From Trypanosoma brucei (Eukaryota): 64,000 bases of DNA. Each line of letters begins with the position of its first letter. Position 1 is the first letter of the stretch. Positions 18,319 to 28,691 of this stretch are shown one piece after another. The notes below the pieces were generated by a model that was not told the DNA's origin, did no database searches, and worked only from the letters and a program-made list of their open reading frames with translations. The DNA lies in the NCBI GenBank assembly GCA_000002445.1, contig CP000066.1, positions 288,001 through 352,000 of the forward strand. The letters are read 5' to 3'. Made by a program: the position numbers and the translations under genes.

Positions 18319-21165
18319 ATGATTTTCGGGGAAGATATTGGACCGCAGGACTCGGTGGCCGTGTCATGTGGAAGCACTAACATGGTCAACGACACGCCCA
18401 AAGAGGCCCTTGTGCTGCAGCGACGTGGCCGATGGGTCATGAAGCTGGCAGTTGCCCTTTTTCTCAGCGGAAAGGATCTACAAAGTGAGGGGGAGCTTTC
18501 CATCATGCACAGCGAAATTTGGAGTTACGCCGCGCTCGGCAATGAGGCGGTACGTCGCGGGTACGTTCCGTTAGGCACACCGGTGGCAGGGGCACAGTCC
18601 GTATGGAAGCGAAAGCTCGGTGAGTTGTGGTTGGAAAAAGGTTTTGAACCTTGTATGATTCAACTGGAGCCATACTTTCAGCAAGAGTTTGAACGACTGT
18701 TGGCGAAGGGGATTCTGAAACCGCAATCGGGCACAGAAAAGGATAGTAATTGCAGTGCAGTACGTCCAGTTGACACACCGGAACCTGCGAGACTTTCTTC
18801 ACGAAACAACGGAGCTGTGGAGGAGTTCGCAAAGCCGTTAGCGAGCCTATATGAGGCCTCCTTGCGATATCTGCGTAATGTGGGTATGAAGACGACCGCA
18901 TCAACAAATGGATGGGTCAGCGCTGAGGAGCTCTACTCATACTTAAAAGACCGCAAGCACAGTCTAATAGTGAAGGTGCCCGATGATATCGTGAGCGAAT
19001 GCGATGTTCTTCCCACTACACCAGCTCGTCTCCTCGTAGTGCTTTCTCAACTTGATTTGATTGGACGGCTCCAGTTCCGGTGGGAGCGTAGCTCGAAAGT
19101 TGACGGAAAAAGGGATGGTGAACGTATGTCGCTTGGGGATGAGCAGGTGGAGTGCTCAGTGAGCGTTCGTGCGGCGTGGGCGCACAAAGATAGCTCTCTC
19201 GCTTCCAAGGTAGTGTCTGATCACCCCAAAATGGCGCTTGAGAAGGCGTTGGAGATTTTCAGCCCCTGTAGAGAAATTTATGATTTTGTTGAATCCGTTG
19301 AGCGCTGGGAGGTGGCGGCAAAACTCCACGGGCGTGAGATACCGACGTTTCGCCCCTTTCTGATGCTTGCGGTGGGTGATTCGATCAGAGCCCGTATCCC
19401 CAAAGATCCTGTGCGGCGGGCAGCCGCTCTGTTAGCAAGTAAGGTGACAACTAAGTCGGCCTTTCTTTCTGTCAGTAGGAGCTTTTTAGGTTTGCATCTA
19501 CAGCGCCCAGTGTGTGTTGTGCATTCAAACATTTTTGAGGGGGGTGCCATGCATTTGAGGCAGACTGCGGGTCACGGCCAGCCCCCTAGGGGGGTGCTGC
19601 TCCTTCACTTGAGTGACATAGTTTATAATGCCATTTCAAATGTGGATACAAAACGTGGGGCACTATTTGTCAAATCCGAAATTTTATACTGTGGCGATGC
19701 TTCATCTGTACGCAGCGAGTCAATCAAATCTCTTTGTCTAGAGACTGAGGAGCCTAAAACTTGCACAGAACCCCCTTCCACCAGTGCACTGCTATTTGCC
19801 CGCCTTGCTGAGAAAAGTATCACTTTCAACGTGCCAGCGGAATCGCCGAGGGTCAGTTCGCCAACGTTGGCGAACAGGATTTTAACGTTGAAACGTCCCA
19901 CTCCAACAACAAACGCTACTGAGTTTCTCTGCGGGTTGCGCTCGCTCAGTCATGGGATGGGGAATTTCGCAAGGGAGGCATTCTTCAAAAAGTGGATAGA
20001 AGACATCCTCGCATTATTGAGAGCCAGAAACAACAGAAATGGAAGTGACCGAAGTAATAGTTGCAGAACGCCGACGGAAAAGGTATTGAGCATTACTCCT
20101 GACTGTGTATACACCGACTTCTCTTTGATTATTGCAGGGAAACAAAAAAAAGATAATAGCCGTCCACCTGGTTTGCGGAGTTTATCGAAGGAGTTAATCA
20201 ACGGTATAGCAGAGGGTGGATGCGATCCATTGTACATCAAGAGCAAACAAGAAGGTACGATTGTGGTTTATTTTCAATCCACAGTAAGTGACGAGAGGGA
20301 CGTTACTGAAATTTTTTTCAGCAGCCCGTTGCTGCTTTTGCGTTCTTCATATACCGTAGGAGATAATGAGGGCAAACAAACGGAGGAGGAGACATCAGTT
20401 GCCAATCATCGCTCCGCGCTGTTTTTGCGTGTTGACAAAAGCAGCGACAGTTTTGCCGAGGGAGATACCTTCAGGAGCTTGACGGTTGTTGAATTGGACA
20501 GGGAGCAAAAGAAGGTCGCAGAGGCCTTGCGTAGCGACTGTAACACAGAAGTGACACTACGGTCGGTGGAATTGTGTGTTGATGAGTGGTGTTTGGAGGT
20601 GTTAGTTCCCCTCGAAAAAGTTGTTGAGGAATACATATTTGCCCCAATCAAGCAATGCCTTTATGGTCGTGGAAATTCTGAGTCTCCATTCCTGCTGCTT
20701 TCGGAAGCGGATCAAGCAAAACTCGAGCAGTCTTTGATGGAGCAACTGTTGTTAGCTGTCACTCCGGTGAAGAACGAAGCCCTTGAGTACCTGGGCGATG
20801 CCGTTCTTGATTTCGTTGTCGCCCAGGAAAAACTGAACAGCTGGACAGGGGGCCCCATAGTTGATGCTACGTGCAACGCATCTCTCGCTAAGTGTCTTTT
20901 TCCGCAATTGCGCAATTACTTTGAAATGAAATTGGGGATCTCCAACCAGAAACGACAAGCCGATATGGTGGAAGCCATTTTTGGTGCTGTTGCCATGGCG
21001 TTATGGGTCATTCCCCGCCGAAAAGTTTTGGAATCATCGACGGATACAACGGTGACCGGAGGTGGAGGAGGCGAAACGCCGGCAGCTGGAGGACTCCTTC
21101 CCTTCGCGGCTCTTCTGTCGGTCACTAAGGCATTGATGGATGCGTTGAATATTACCACTCAGTGA
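18319..21165 (+). CDS. DCL2: RNase III-domain protein, Dicer-like (probable nuclear Dicer-like 2 of trypanosomes).
   Basis: The C-terminal region carries the RNase III signature: EALEYLGDAVLDFVVAQEKL with downstream KRQADMVEAIFGAVAMAL (E..E.LGDA ... D..EA..GA). Length is 948 aa. The position between Sec24 and the PP2A-type gene matches my recollection of the T. brucei chromosome 3 DCL2 locus. That is memory, not a search. Confidence 0.5.
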   Translation: MIFGEDIGPQDSVAVSCGSTNMVNDTPKEALVLQRRGRWVMKLAVALFLSGKDLQSEGELSIMHSEIWSYAALGNEAVRRGYVPLGTPVAGAQSVWKRKLGELWLEKGFEPCMIQLEPYFQQEFERLLAKGILKPQSGTEKDSNCSAVRPVDTPEPARLSSRNNGAVEEFAKPLASLYEASLRYLRNVGMKTTASTNGWVSAEELYSYLKDRKHSLIVKVPDDIVSECDVLPTTPARLLVVLSQLDLIGRLQFRWERSSKVDGKRDGERMSLGDEQVECSVSVRAAWAHKDSSLASKVVSDHPKMALEKALEIFSPCREIYDFVESVERWEVAAKLHGREIPTFRPFLMLAVGDSIRARIPKDPVRRAAALLASKVTTKSAFLSVSRSFLGLHLQRPVCVVHSNIFEGGAMHLRQTAGHGQPPRGVLLLHLSDIVYNAISNVDTKRGALFVKSEILYCGDASSVRSESIKSLCLETEEPKTCTEPPSTSALLFARLAEKSITFNVPAESPRVSSPTLANRILTLKRPTPTTNATEFLCGLRSLSHGMGNFAREAFFKKWIEDILALLRARNNRNGSDRSNSCRTPTEKVLSITPDCVYTDFSLIIAGKQKKDNSRPPGLRSLSKELINGIAEGGCDPLYIKSKQEGTIVVYFQSTVSDERDVTEIFFSSPLLLLRSSYTVGDNEGKQTEEETSVANHRSALFLRVDKSSDSFAEGDTFRSLTVVELDREQKKVAEALRSDCNTEVTLRSVELCVDEWCLEVLVPLEKVVEEYIFAPIKQCLYGRGNSESPFLLLSEADQAKLEQSLMEQLLLAVTPVKNEALEYLGDAVLDFVVAQEKLNSWTGGPIVDATCNASLAKCLFPQLRNYFEMKLGISNQKRQADMVEAIFGAVAMALWVIPRRKVLESSTDTTVTGGGGGETPAAGGLLPFAALLSVTKALMDALNITTQ

Positions 21166-21324
21166 TTCATTCTCTTACTGACATTGCTGTTGTCAGGGAC
21201 GGGGAAATTATGTATGTGTGTTTCTTGTGCAACACTTTTGGGCTAACACGAGAAACACATGAACGTAAAAACGGGCCGATTGCAATAACTTAGCGGTGCT
21301 AAGCCATGGCTACTCACCTTAGAT

Positions 21325-21390
21325 ACTTCCTTTCGTTCTTTTTTTTCTCCTGTTAATAAGCCCTTTCTTCCTATCCTTCCACTTTTTGAC
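21325..21390 (+). promoter_or_regulatory. Polypyrimidine tract upstream of the PP2A-type phosphatase gene.
   Basis: tacttcctttcgttcttttttttctcctgttaataagccctttcttcctatccttccacttttt. Confidence 0.5.
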
Positions 21391-21481
21391 AGGCCGTCGT
21401 CGCACTACAAGTAGTTTTTGCTAGTTTAAGTTGTCATCTACTCAAAACCAAACCCACCAGCACATTATATAGGGGCGGGGG

Positions 21482-22453
21482 ATGCCTGCGACTACCTCAA
21501 TTCCACCGGTGACGGCTCCGGGGACCGGTGGGGAGGCGAGCAGTTTTAATGTGGATGAACTGATTCAATACGTGTTGCAGGGGAAACCTCTCAGTGAGCC
21601 GCAAGTGGCCCGACTCTGTCAGAAGGCGAGAGAGGTTTTGGAGAAGGAGGAGAATGTACACACCGTCCGTGCACCCGTCACGGTGTGCGGCGATATTCAC
21701 GGCCAGTTTCACGACTTGCTGGAACTTCTGAAGATTGGTGGACTTCCGCCGGACACTAATTACCTCTTCATGGGCGATTATGTCGATCGTGGGTACTACA
21801 GTGTTGAGACAGTAACTTTGTTACTCCTCTTCAAGATCCGTTATCCGGAGCGCGTTCAGATATTGCGTGGAAATCACGAATCACGTCAGATCACCCAAGT
21901 TTACGGCTTTTACGATGAGTGCGTCCGAAAGTATGGCAGTGCAAACGTCTGGAAGTTGTTAACGGATCTCTTCGATTATTTGCCTCTTGCTGCTGTCGTT
22001 GAGAATGAGATATTTTGCCTTCACGGTGGCCTTTCGCCAACACTTGATAGTCTTGCCCACATTCGCAGTTTAGAACGTGTTCAAGAGGTGCCCCACGAGG
22101 GGCCAATGTGCGACTTACTGTGGAGCGACCCAGAGGACAAGGACGGTTGGGGTATCAGCCCTCGCGGCGCCGGTTTCACTTTTGGCGCCGACATTACAGA
22201 ACAATTTTGTCATAATAACGGTTTGAAAACAATTGCTCGTGCGCATCAGCTTGTGGCTGAAGGGTACAGTTGGGCACATAGCGACAAACTCGTAACAATA
22301 TTTAGTGCTCCAAATTATTGCTACCGTTGTGGCAACCTTGCGGGTCTGCTGGAATTGGACGAGCATATGAACAAATGCTTCTTCCAGTTTGATCCCGCAC
22401 CACGCCGTGGTGAGGCACAGGTGTCAAAAAAGACACCTGACTACTTTTTGTGA
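21482..22453 (+). CDS. PPP-family serine/threonine phosphatase catalytic subunit, PP2A-type.
   Basis: All PPP catalytic motifs are present: [28 protein letters not shown] and H. The C-terminal tail ...[16 protein letters not shown] is PP2A-like (TPDYFL, site of Leu carboxymethylation). 323 aa. Confidence 0.85.
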   Translation: MPATTSIPPVTAPGTGGEASSFNVDELIQYVLQGKPLSEPQVARLCQKAREVLEKEENVHTVRAPVTVCGDIHGQFHDLLELLKIGGLPPDTNYLFMGDYVDRGYYSVETVTLLLLFKIRYPERVQILRGNHESRQITQVYGFYDECVRKYGSANVWKLLTDLFDYLPLAAVVENEIFCLHGGLSPTLDSLAHIRSLERVQEVPHEGPMCDLLWSDPEDKDGWGISPRGAGFTFGADITEQFCHNNGLKTIARAHQLVAEGYSWAHSDKLVTIFSAPNYCYRCGNLAGLLELDEHMNKCFFQFDPAPRRGEAQVSKKTPDYFL

Positions 22454-23235
22454 TGAAAAAAAAAATAGATAGATGTGCTGACAAGCCTACTTCTGAAAGC
22501 GTCTAAGTGCGCGCTTCAGTTGTATGCGGATAGAAAAAACGAGTGACATTGCGCCCACTGCGTGTGGATGGACGTGTGGAAGGAGGGGCGATAGTACGTA
22601 TATGAGTGTAGGTGTGTGGTAATTGATTAATTAACGCGAACCATGGCAGTGGAGCAATCACATCCACGCGATGGCGTATGAGGTGGAGAGTGGTTACATC
22701 AAAGATGGGTATAAACATGTAGACGAAGGGCAGAGGGAGGTAAGTGAAAGAAGATATGTTTGCATGTTTATGAAAGTGACGGATGGAAAGAGGGAGAACC
22801 CAGCAGATTCATCAATATTTTTATTTTGATATCAGCGAATATGAGTGTTCAGTGTTTAGCGTTTGTTTGCGGACGCGGGTATCGTCCTCCCCCGTGCTGT
22901 CTCCTTTCTTTTGCTTCCCTTACCGCCCTTCCCTCCCCAGCTTGATTGTTTGGTTTTTTTTTTGTGGGCGTGCGCTTCTTGTTCCGCCCTTCCCTCTTTT
23001 CTTGTCCCCTTCTCCACTCTTCCCATTTAACAAATAGGCGAAGGGCGGGTGCCACTACTCCCTTCCATAGCCTTTTGTTAAGTGCAGCTTACACGCTAGC
23101 CAATGGTGAGAGAAAATGAATGATCCAACAAAACTGAAAGGAACTTACATATCACAAAGGATGCCTGTTTAGTTGGTAATGACGCCTTGTCACGTGGTAG
23201 TGGTGTCAAGATAGGCAAGTGCCGTCAATACACGC

Positions 23236-23290
23236 GAATAATTCTCTTTCTTTCTCTTTCTCTCTTCTCTCTGACTGTTTGGTTTTTGTT
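23236..23290 (+). promoter_or_regulatory. Polypyrimidine tract upstream of RPB10.
   Basis: ctctttctttctctttctctcttctctctgactgtttggtttttgttctt. Confidence 0.5.
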
Positions 23291-23366
23291 CTTAACTCTA
23301 GTTCACTAGCGTCAGCTCAGAGGGTTCGTTTCGTTGCTCGCGCTTTAGCTGTTTTTTTTTGCCCTC

Positions 23367-23621
23367 ATGCTGATTCCAGTCCGTTGCTATTCATGCGGAA
23401 AAGTGGTTGGGCACCTTTACGAACTATACCAGGAACTGCTCAACCAAGACCACACGGAAGCTGAGGCTCTGAACGCACTTCGGTTGAGCCGCATGTGTTG
23501 CCGTCGTATGATTCTTTCTCATATTGATCTTGCAGACGATTTACTGCCGTACAGTGTGCCAGTGGTTGGTTCAATGCCGCTGATAAACCCGGTTCAAGGA
23601 CCGGTGCCACGCCGGCAGTAA
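23367..23621 (+). CDS. RPB10: RNA polymerase I/II/III common subunit RPB10 (RPABC5).
   Basis: MLIPVRCYSCGKVVGHLYELYQELL...ALNALRLSRMCCRRMILSHIDLADDLL aligns nearly residue-for-residue with eukaryotic RPB10 (MIIPVRCFTCGK...RYCCRRML). It has a short C-terminal extension. Confidence 0.85.
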   Translation: MLIPVRCYSCGKVVGHLYELYQELLNQDHTEAEALNALRLSRMCCRRMILSHIDLADDLLPYSVPVVGSMPLINPVQGPVPRRQ

Positions 23622-23781
23622 TGCAACTTATGATTCGCGTAACCGTTTAAACGAATGTGGTTGAGTGGGTTTTGTGTTCGTTTCCCCCGTCCTTGCGGTT
23701 GTTGAAGGTGCTGAAGTGATCTCGAGGCGGTTGAGTAGAATCATTTTCATTGCCCCAACCTTCCCTTCTCGACCCACCGTT

Positions 23782-23797
23782 TGTGTGTGTGTGTGTA
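23782..23797. repeat. (TG)8 microsatellite.
   Basis: Read directly in the spacer after RPB10. Confidence 0.85.
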
Positions 23798-24144
23798 GGA
23801 GGAAAGAAGATAAATAAATGGATGAGGGAGAGATTCAGCGACACATTTTCAGTAGGGACATTGTCGAGCACTCTATTACCTTACAACCAACCAAACAAAC
23901 AAACACGCACATAGATATGCACAACCTCGTCGTCTGCATGTGTTCACACGTATTTGCGTGCTTTTGTTCATGTTCCTCTGCCACTCTCCTCTTCTCTCCT
24001 CTTACTTAACTTTACCTCCCCCTCCCACGCGTGCTCCCTACTGTTGTAGGGGGAAACAACACTCAATTCACAACTGTGTGCCAACAGAGTGCGCTGAGCG
24101 GGAATGTTTGTTGGAATTGTTGTTGCTGTCGCTATTATGGTGTG

Positions 24145-24148
<4 letters not shown>

Positions 24149-24178
<30 letters not shown>
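24149..24178. repeat. (AT)15 microsatellite.
   Basis: atatatat... read directly. Intergenic, upstream of the PPP4R2-like gene. Confidence 0.95.
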
Positions 24179-24180
<2 letters not shown>

Positions 24181-24231
24181 TCCCTTCCAACTGATCTTCC
24201 ATTCCACCCTCTCACATGATTCCTAATCATT

Positions 24232-24852
24232 ATGTCTATTAACTTTTCAGCACCATATTTAGTAACCGAGATGGAGGAGAAAGTGGTGACTTCGCTTCCC
24301 TCCGGTGATACCGCGAGTGGAAGCGGCGAGTCCACCGCCTCACCACCAATTGTTATTTCAGCTGCCGTACCGTACACGGAGGAGGAAAAAAAATTACTGA
24401 CAGAACAACTACGCCGACACCAGCGGCAACAGTCGCAAGGTGATGACGATAGTTCATGGAATGAGACGACGTTACCTTTTATATCTTCCATGGTGGAGAA
24501 GGTGTTGCAGCTAGCCGCGCAAAATCGTGAATCAGATAGCACGAAAGATAGTGGTAGTGGTGATGAGAATAAGCCGCAAGAAAAGGCAAATGCAACTGAC
24601 GACGTCGCCGGTGCAGATGCTGTTTCCAAAGTGGATACGTTTGTTGAGGATAACGACTATGTTTTGGAACAACTACGGCTGCAACCATGGCCTTTCTTCA
24701 CGCTCCCGCGTTTGTGTGAGATCCTTGCCGATCCATACAAGTACAACAGCATTGGTGACAAACTACGTGGTGAGAAGCTCCAGTCAGCCATTCGTCGTTG
24801 TGTCTTGGTGTCGGCCCCACTGAACTGTGATGTAAGGAACAATTCTTCATAG
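24232..24852 (+). CDS. Small acidic protein with a PPP4R2-like conserved block (putative PP4 regulatory subunit 2).
   Basis: PWPFFTLPRLCEILADPYKYNSIGDKLRGEKLQSAIRRCVLVS resembles the conserved PPP4R2/Psy4 core (PFTIQRLCELLTDP..Y...DKFLRG.EK...VVS). This is a from-memory comparison. Confidence 0.45.
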   Translation: MSINFSAPYLVTEMEEKVVTSLPSGDTASGSGESTASPPIVISAAVPYTEEEKKLLTEQLRRHQRQQSQGDDDSSWNETTLPFISSMVEKVLQLAAQNRESDSTKDSGSGDENKPQEKANATDDVAGADAVSKVDTFVEDNDYVLEQLRLQPWPFFTLPRLCEILADPYKYNSIGDKLRGEKLQSAIRRCVLVSAPLNCDVRNNSS

Positions 24853-25331
24853 AGTTGGCCGCATTCAGAGCGTGAGGAAGTTGGAAAAGGGACAAGATTA
24901 GGTCTTTATGTTCTACAAAACGTTTTCGTTGGAGTAGAATAGCACAAACTAGAAGAAAAAAGAAAAGAAAAAAAGACGATACCCCGTGCTTTCGTGCTGT
25001 CATATTGGTGTTGGTTTGTTCCAACGAAGGTTTTATGCCCACCTGTATCATTTCCTCCACGAGGTCTTCCTCTTTGTTTTTCCTTCCCCACTTTTTGATT
25101 GGCTCTTCCGGTTTTTACATTACCTCATGCGCACGTGGTGAAGTTTCCCACACTTTGGAAAGGGAAAGGGGGAACCAATAGCGGAACAATACGTGTTTGT
25201 TTTCCCGTCTTTCCCCCCAAATTTGTGGTGTTGGTAATTTATACCATCTTCACGAATAAGGCGTGTGGAGGAGTGGAGAAGTTTTTAGATACTTAATATC
25301 AGGTTTTAAAGAAAACAAAAATAGTGGAAGT

Positions 25332-26954
25332 ATGGTTGAACCGCACTTATTTTGTGGTCCAGAGTTCACACTGGAAGTTCCTTCCGAGTTGCCATTGCCT
25401 GTTGAGCCCAATATTCTTCTTCAACTACAGTCGGAGTTATATAACCTTCTCACCCCACTCGTGCGCCACAAACTTCACGCAACATGGGGAACTGGAACAG
25501 GTAGTTGTGACGGCACTGTTCCACCACCGCCCTGTGAGCTCTGCTTTGTAGAGGTGGTGGAGTCATCACCAGTGCCGGATCCCGGCGCTAGGGAAAATGA
25601 GAAGGACAACGTATCTAACGAAAAAAATGAAGCAACTGCTAAGCTGGTATTACGCATCAAAGACTCCAGAGCAGCTAGTGAATTGTTTGTTATTGGGCTT
25701 CGCAATCCTTTCATTACACTACCGCACGGCATACGTTTGCACAACCGCTGTGGTGGAAGCGCAGTGGGTACTGCGAAGGCGCGTGCCACGCCAGTTGAGA
25801 TCCTCCGCAAGAAGGAGTTATTGCGTTCCCGCATGAATTTTGACGAGGACTTGTGGGAACTGCTTCAAGGGAGCCTTACTTCTGAATGGTTGCTAGCGTT
25901 AGAGGAGACATACAAACAACACAAACAGCAGCAGAGCTCTAACCATGAGGCAGTCACATCGCTGCGTGAGTCTCAACGCCACGAACGGCGGGTGGAGAGT
26001 TTGCTCCACTATTGTGAGCAGAATGTGCTCTACATTGGTGTGATGGACGAGGAGGGGAAGGCTACTCCCTTTTTGCTTGCCATCGGAGCTTTTTATAAAC
26101 TTGGCTTAACCCGCCATGATGCACTTGTACACTTTGCGCGTCACCACCGTCGAACCATTCGTGCGCTGGCTCTCTTTATTGCGCGTTACACCACAGCACC
26201 AGAGGAGTTGGAGCCATTTTTTACACCGTCCTTGACCGATGAAGTGGTGGTGGCATGCGCGGAAGATCAGCAGGTGACTTGTTCCATGCGGCAGTTGGCT
26301 GAGGATTTGTTGCTGCATGATGAGGTTTGCGAGGCATGGCCTCCTACGCTGCACCCGTTCTGGATTGAACACACGGTGCGACCCATGATGTTGCGTGTGG
26401 AGGCAGATCGCAAGAGGCGTGAGGAGCTTTTCCAAGAGCGTGAGAGTGGTGTTGCAACTGAAAAAGAGCAGGGGAATCGGACTGGAAGCGGGAGTTCGGC
26501 CCCAGGGGGATCGGGCAAAGGTGTTGGTGTGTTTGGTTTTTGTAATATCATGGAGCTTCACGCGTACGTGCGTGAGAAACAGCGTGTGTTGGTGCCGCAG
26601 CGGGTGCTATCGATGCTCAGTAAACCCCGAGGTGGTGATAGCGGTGATCGAGATTACGCGGATGATGGTGATGATGACGATGATGATTTCCTCATCAAAG
26701 TAAGGGTTGAAGGAGATGGAGATGCGGAGCAAAATGCATTACACCACCAAAACAAGAGGGGAATAGACACAAAGCAACCGAAACAAGGGCAACAACAATT
26801 ATCTGTGAGGCAGGGAGACTCCAGGAAGAGGAGGCGCCAGGGGACCACAACTGCTCGTTCGTTGGCCGTGACTGGCGCGTACCGCACCATTCTGACGTTG
26901 CTTGGTCGAACCGAACCCTTTGATCCGCATTGTGAGCATTTTCTTCAGTTCTGA
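25332..26954 (+). CDS. Hypothetical protein with an acidic Asp tract.
   Basis: Long GC3-rich ORF. ATG at 25332 follows a polypyrimidine tract; the track start at 25263 is GTG. Contains DDGDDDDDD encoded by a (GAT)n repeat. No family recognised. Confidence 0.45.
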   Translation: MVEPHLFCGPEFTLEVPSELPLPVEPNILLQLQSELYNLLTPLVRHKLHATWGTGTGSCDGTVPPPPCELCFVEVVESSPVPDPGARENEKDNVSNEKNEATAKLVLRIKDSRAASELFVIGLRNPFITLPHGIRLHNRCGGSAVGTAKARATPVEILRKKELLRSRMNFDEDLWELLQGSLTSEWLLALEETYKQHKQQQSSNHEAVTSLRESQRHERRVESLLHYCEQNVLYIGVMDEEGKATPFLLAIGAFYKLGLTRHDALVHFARHHRRTIRALALFIARYTTAPEELEPFFTPSLTDEVVVACAEDQQVTCSMRQLAEDLLLHDEVCEAWPPTLHPFWIEHTVRPMMLRVEADRKRREELFQERESGVATEKEQGNRTGSGSSAPGGSGKGVGVFGFCNIMELHAYVREKQRVLVPQRVLSMLSKPRGGDSGDRDYADDGDDDDDDFLIKVRVEGDGDAEQNALHHQNKRGIDTKQPKQGQQQLSVRQGDSRKRRRQGTTTARSLAVTGAYRTILTLLGRTEPFDPHCEHFLQF

Positions 26955-27295
26955 ATACTTCTGAAATTATTCGGTCTTTCATTCAACTGGCTGTGCAAGA
27001 AGGGTTACGAAGTGTGCTGATGCGATTATCAGATGTTCTGAATGCCCGACTGCCTGTGATGATACTATCTCACCGCACAACCAATTTTCCTAGTTCGTGT
27101 GTTGCAGTTCATGTTTTCTGCGAAGACTTCATAATTTTCATCAGATGGCGGTTAACATGTTTTTCTTCGCCCACTTTTGTCTTGAATATAGGTAGTGATC
27201 TTGCTTTGGATAACATTTTCGATTTCTTGATTAAAGACATTGCACTTAATCGTGGGGCAGCTTATCTTCTTTGTCCTGTGCATCGTTTTTTATTT

Positions 27296-28522
27296 ATGGC
27301 TGATGCTTCTGCACTTGAAGAGTTACGAAAGGAGCGGCAGCGGCGGTACGCGCAACTTTCCCGGACCGAAAAGCCTCGCATCGAGCCGTGTTGCCACTGT
27401 AATGAACCGCCGTATAAAGAGCGAGTATGTCCCGTTACGGGAGTTTACCATAATCACGACAAACAGAAAATAGTCGGGGGTTCTGTCGTCAACTCGAACA
27501 TCGTTAACTCTTCTGAGCTGATGAAAGCCATTGAACTCTCACGTGTGCGGTGGGCGCCCAGCCGGACCAAACTCGTTCGGGTGGATGTCACTTCCTTGAA
27601 TCTGTTTCAAAGTTTTGTACGACAGAGCGGCTGGGCAGTTCAGCGATGTGGTATTTTGTACGGCAAGTACGATTCAGCCGAGTCCACGATAGAGGTTCAT
27701 GCAGTGTACGAACCAGAGCAGGAGGGAGGCTTACAGAAATTTATTTGCCTACGTGATAGTCGTGTCGGGACGGTAGATCGACTGGCGGAGCGGTTGGGTC
27801 TCCGGCGCGTGGGCATGGTGTGTACACATCAGGCAAGGGATCCAGATAAAATGGTTCTTAGCGGATACGAACTGCTACTCTGTGCTCGAGAGCAGTCCCG
27901 TTTTGGAGATGAGTGTGTTTTGTTGACCATGAGTCCAAGCATCACCACCGGACGCATTGAGTGCCAGGCATGGCAGGCGTCCCCACAAGCTGTGCACTTT
28001 TACAGACTTGGTACCCTCACCGAGAAACTTGACGCTGACCCAAGAAACAGTACCGTGGTCACAGGCACTGCCGATGGGTTTTGTGGGGATGAAATTCCGA
28101 GCCATTTTGTATACAGTAGCATTTCACTAGAGGTAGCTCAGGAACAGACAGACGACAAAGGGCGCCCGCAGGTGATTACCAAGGCCCCAAGTAAGGAGAT
28201 TGATACACGCTGGTTTACAAGTTACGTGGCGGTTGACCCGTTCGACTCACACGTCGTGAAAAATTTGTTTGTACGTATCTCCCGACCAGGGATGGATCCA
28301 CCGACGATTACAAATCTCCGCAATTACCTGAAGGATCCCAAGAGGGCCGACGTGCCGATATTGCAGAAACTTGCTGACTTTCACGTGCTTATTTTTCTTG
28401 CCTTTGATGTCTTTTCTGGCGTTAATGAGGTACTGACTATCATTGATGCGATAAAAGAGAATAGCCTCGCACCGCTTGCCGAACCGCATGTGAAAACACT
28501 GCAGTTGCTCATCGAAAGTTAG
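27296..28522 (+). CDS. NPL4-like protein (Cdc48/p97 cofactor family, MPN-like core).
   Basis: WAVQRCGILYGKYD...IEVHAVYEPEQEG and RLGLRRVGMVCTH resemble the NPL4 family core (RIGFLYGRY...IYEPPQ; LGL.KIGWIFTDL). The ORF is open from 26993 (GTG), but that would leave only about 40 nt of spacer after the upstream stop. I therefore start at ATG 27296 (MADASALEEL...). The start is uncertain. Confidence 0.45.
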   Translation: MADASALEELRKERQRRYAQLSRTEKPRIEPCCHCNEPPYKERVCPVTGVYHNHDKQKIVGGSVVNSNIVNSSELMKAIELSRVRWAPSRTKLVRVDVTSLNLFQSFVRQSGWAVQRCGILYGKYDSAESTIEVHAVYEPEQEGGLQKFICLRDSRVGTVDRLAERLGLRRVGMVCTHQARDPDKMVLSGYELLLCAREQSRFGDECVLLTMSPSITTGRIECQAWQASPQAVHFYRLGTLTEKLDADPRNSTVVTGTADGFCGDEIPSHFVYSSISLEVAQEQTDDKGRPQVITKAPSKEIDTRWFTSYVAVDPFDSHVVKNLFVRISRPGMDPPTITNLRNYLKDPKRADVPILQKLADFHVLIFLAFDVFSGVNEVLTIIDAIKENSLAPLAEPHVKTLQLLIES

Positions 28523-28669
28523 TGTGTGTGTGTATAGGGTGAAGTGGGGAAAATGAAGGCAATCATTTTGATATTCTTTATTCATACGATATCACTGTGT
28601 ATGCGAGGAGAACCCGTCCGTTTTCATCTTTTTTTGTTATTTGTGTTATTGAAGAGTATTCTCCACAAT

Positions 28670-28691
28670 TGTGTGTGTGTGTGTGTGTGTG
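28670..28691. repeat. (GT)11 microsatellite.
   Basis: Read directly. Intergenic, downstream of the NPL4-like gene. Confidence 0.9.

Noticed and set aside
22447-22457. C-box-like GTGATGA immediately after the PP2A stop codon. This is a possible C/D snoRNA box.
   Set aside because: The motif is created by the TGA stop plus a poly(A) run. There is no paired D box (CTGA) or terminal stem at the right spacing.
23141-23220. tRNA D-loop-like TAGTTGGTAAT segment in the PP2A-RPB10 spacer.
   Set aside because: I could not fold acceptor, anticodon or T arms around it. There is no GTTCGAATC-type T-loop downstream.
26993-27295. Upstream extension of the NPL4-like ORF starting at GTG 26993.
   Set aside because: It would leave only about 40 nt between the upstream stop (26954) and the start. 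That is too short for a kinetoplastid polyadenylation/trans-splicing spacer. The first ATG with a plausible context is at 27296.
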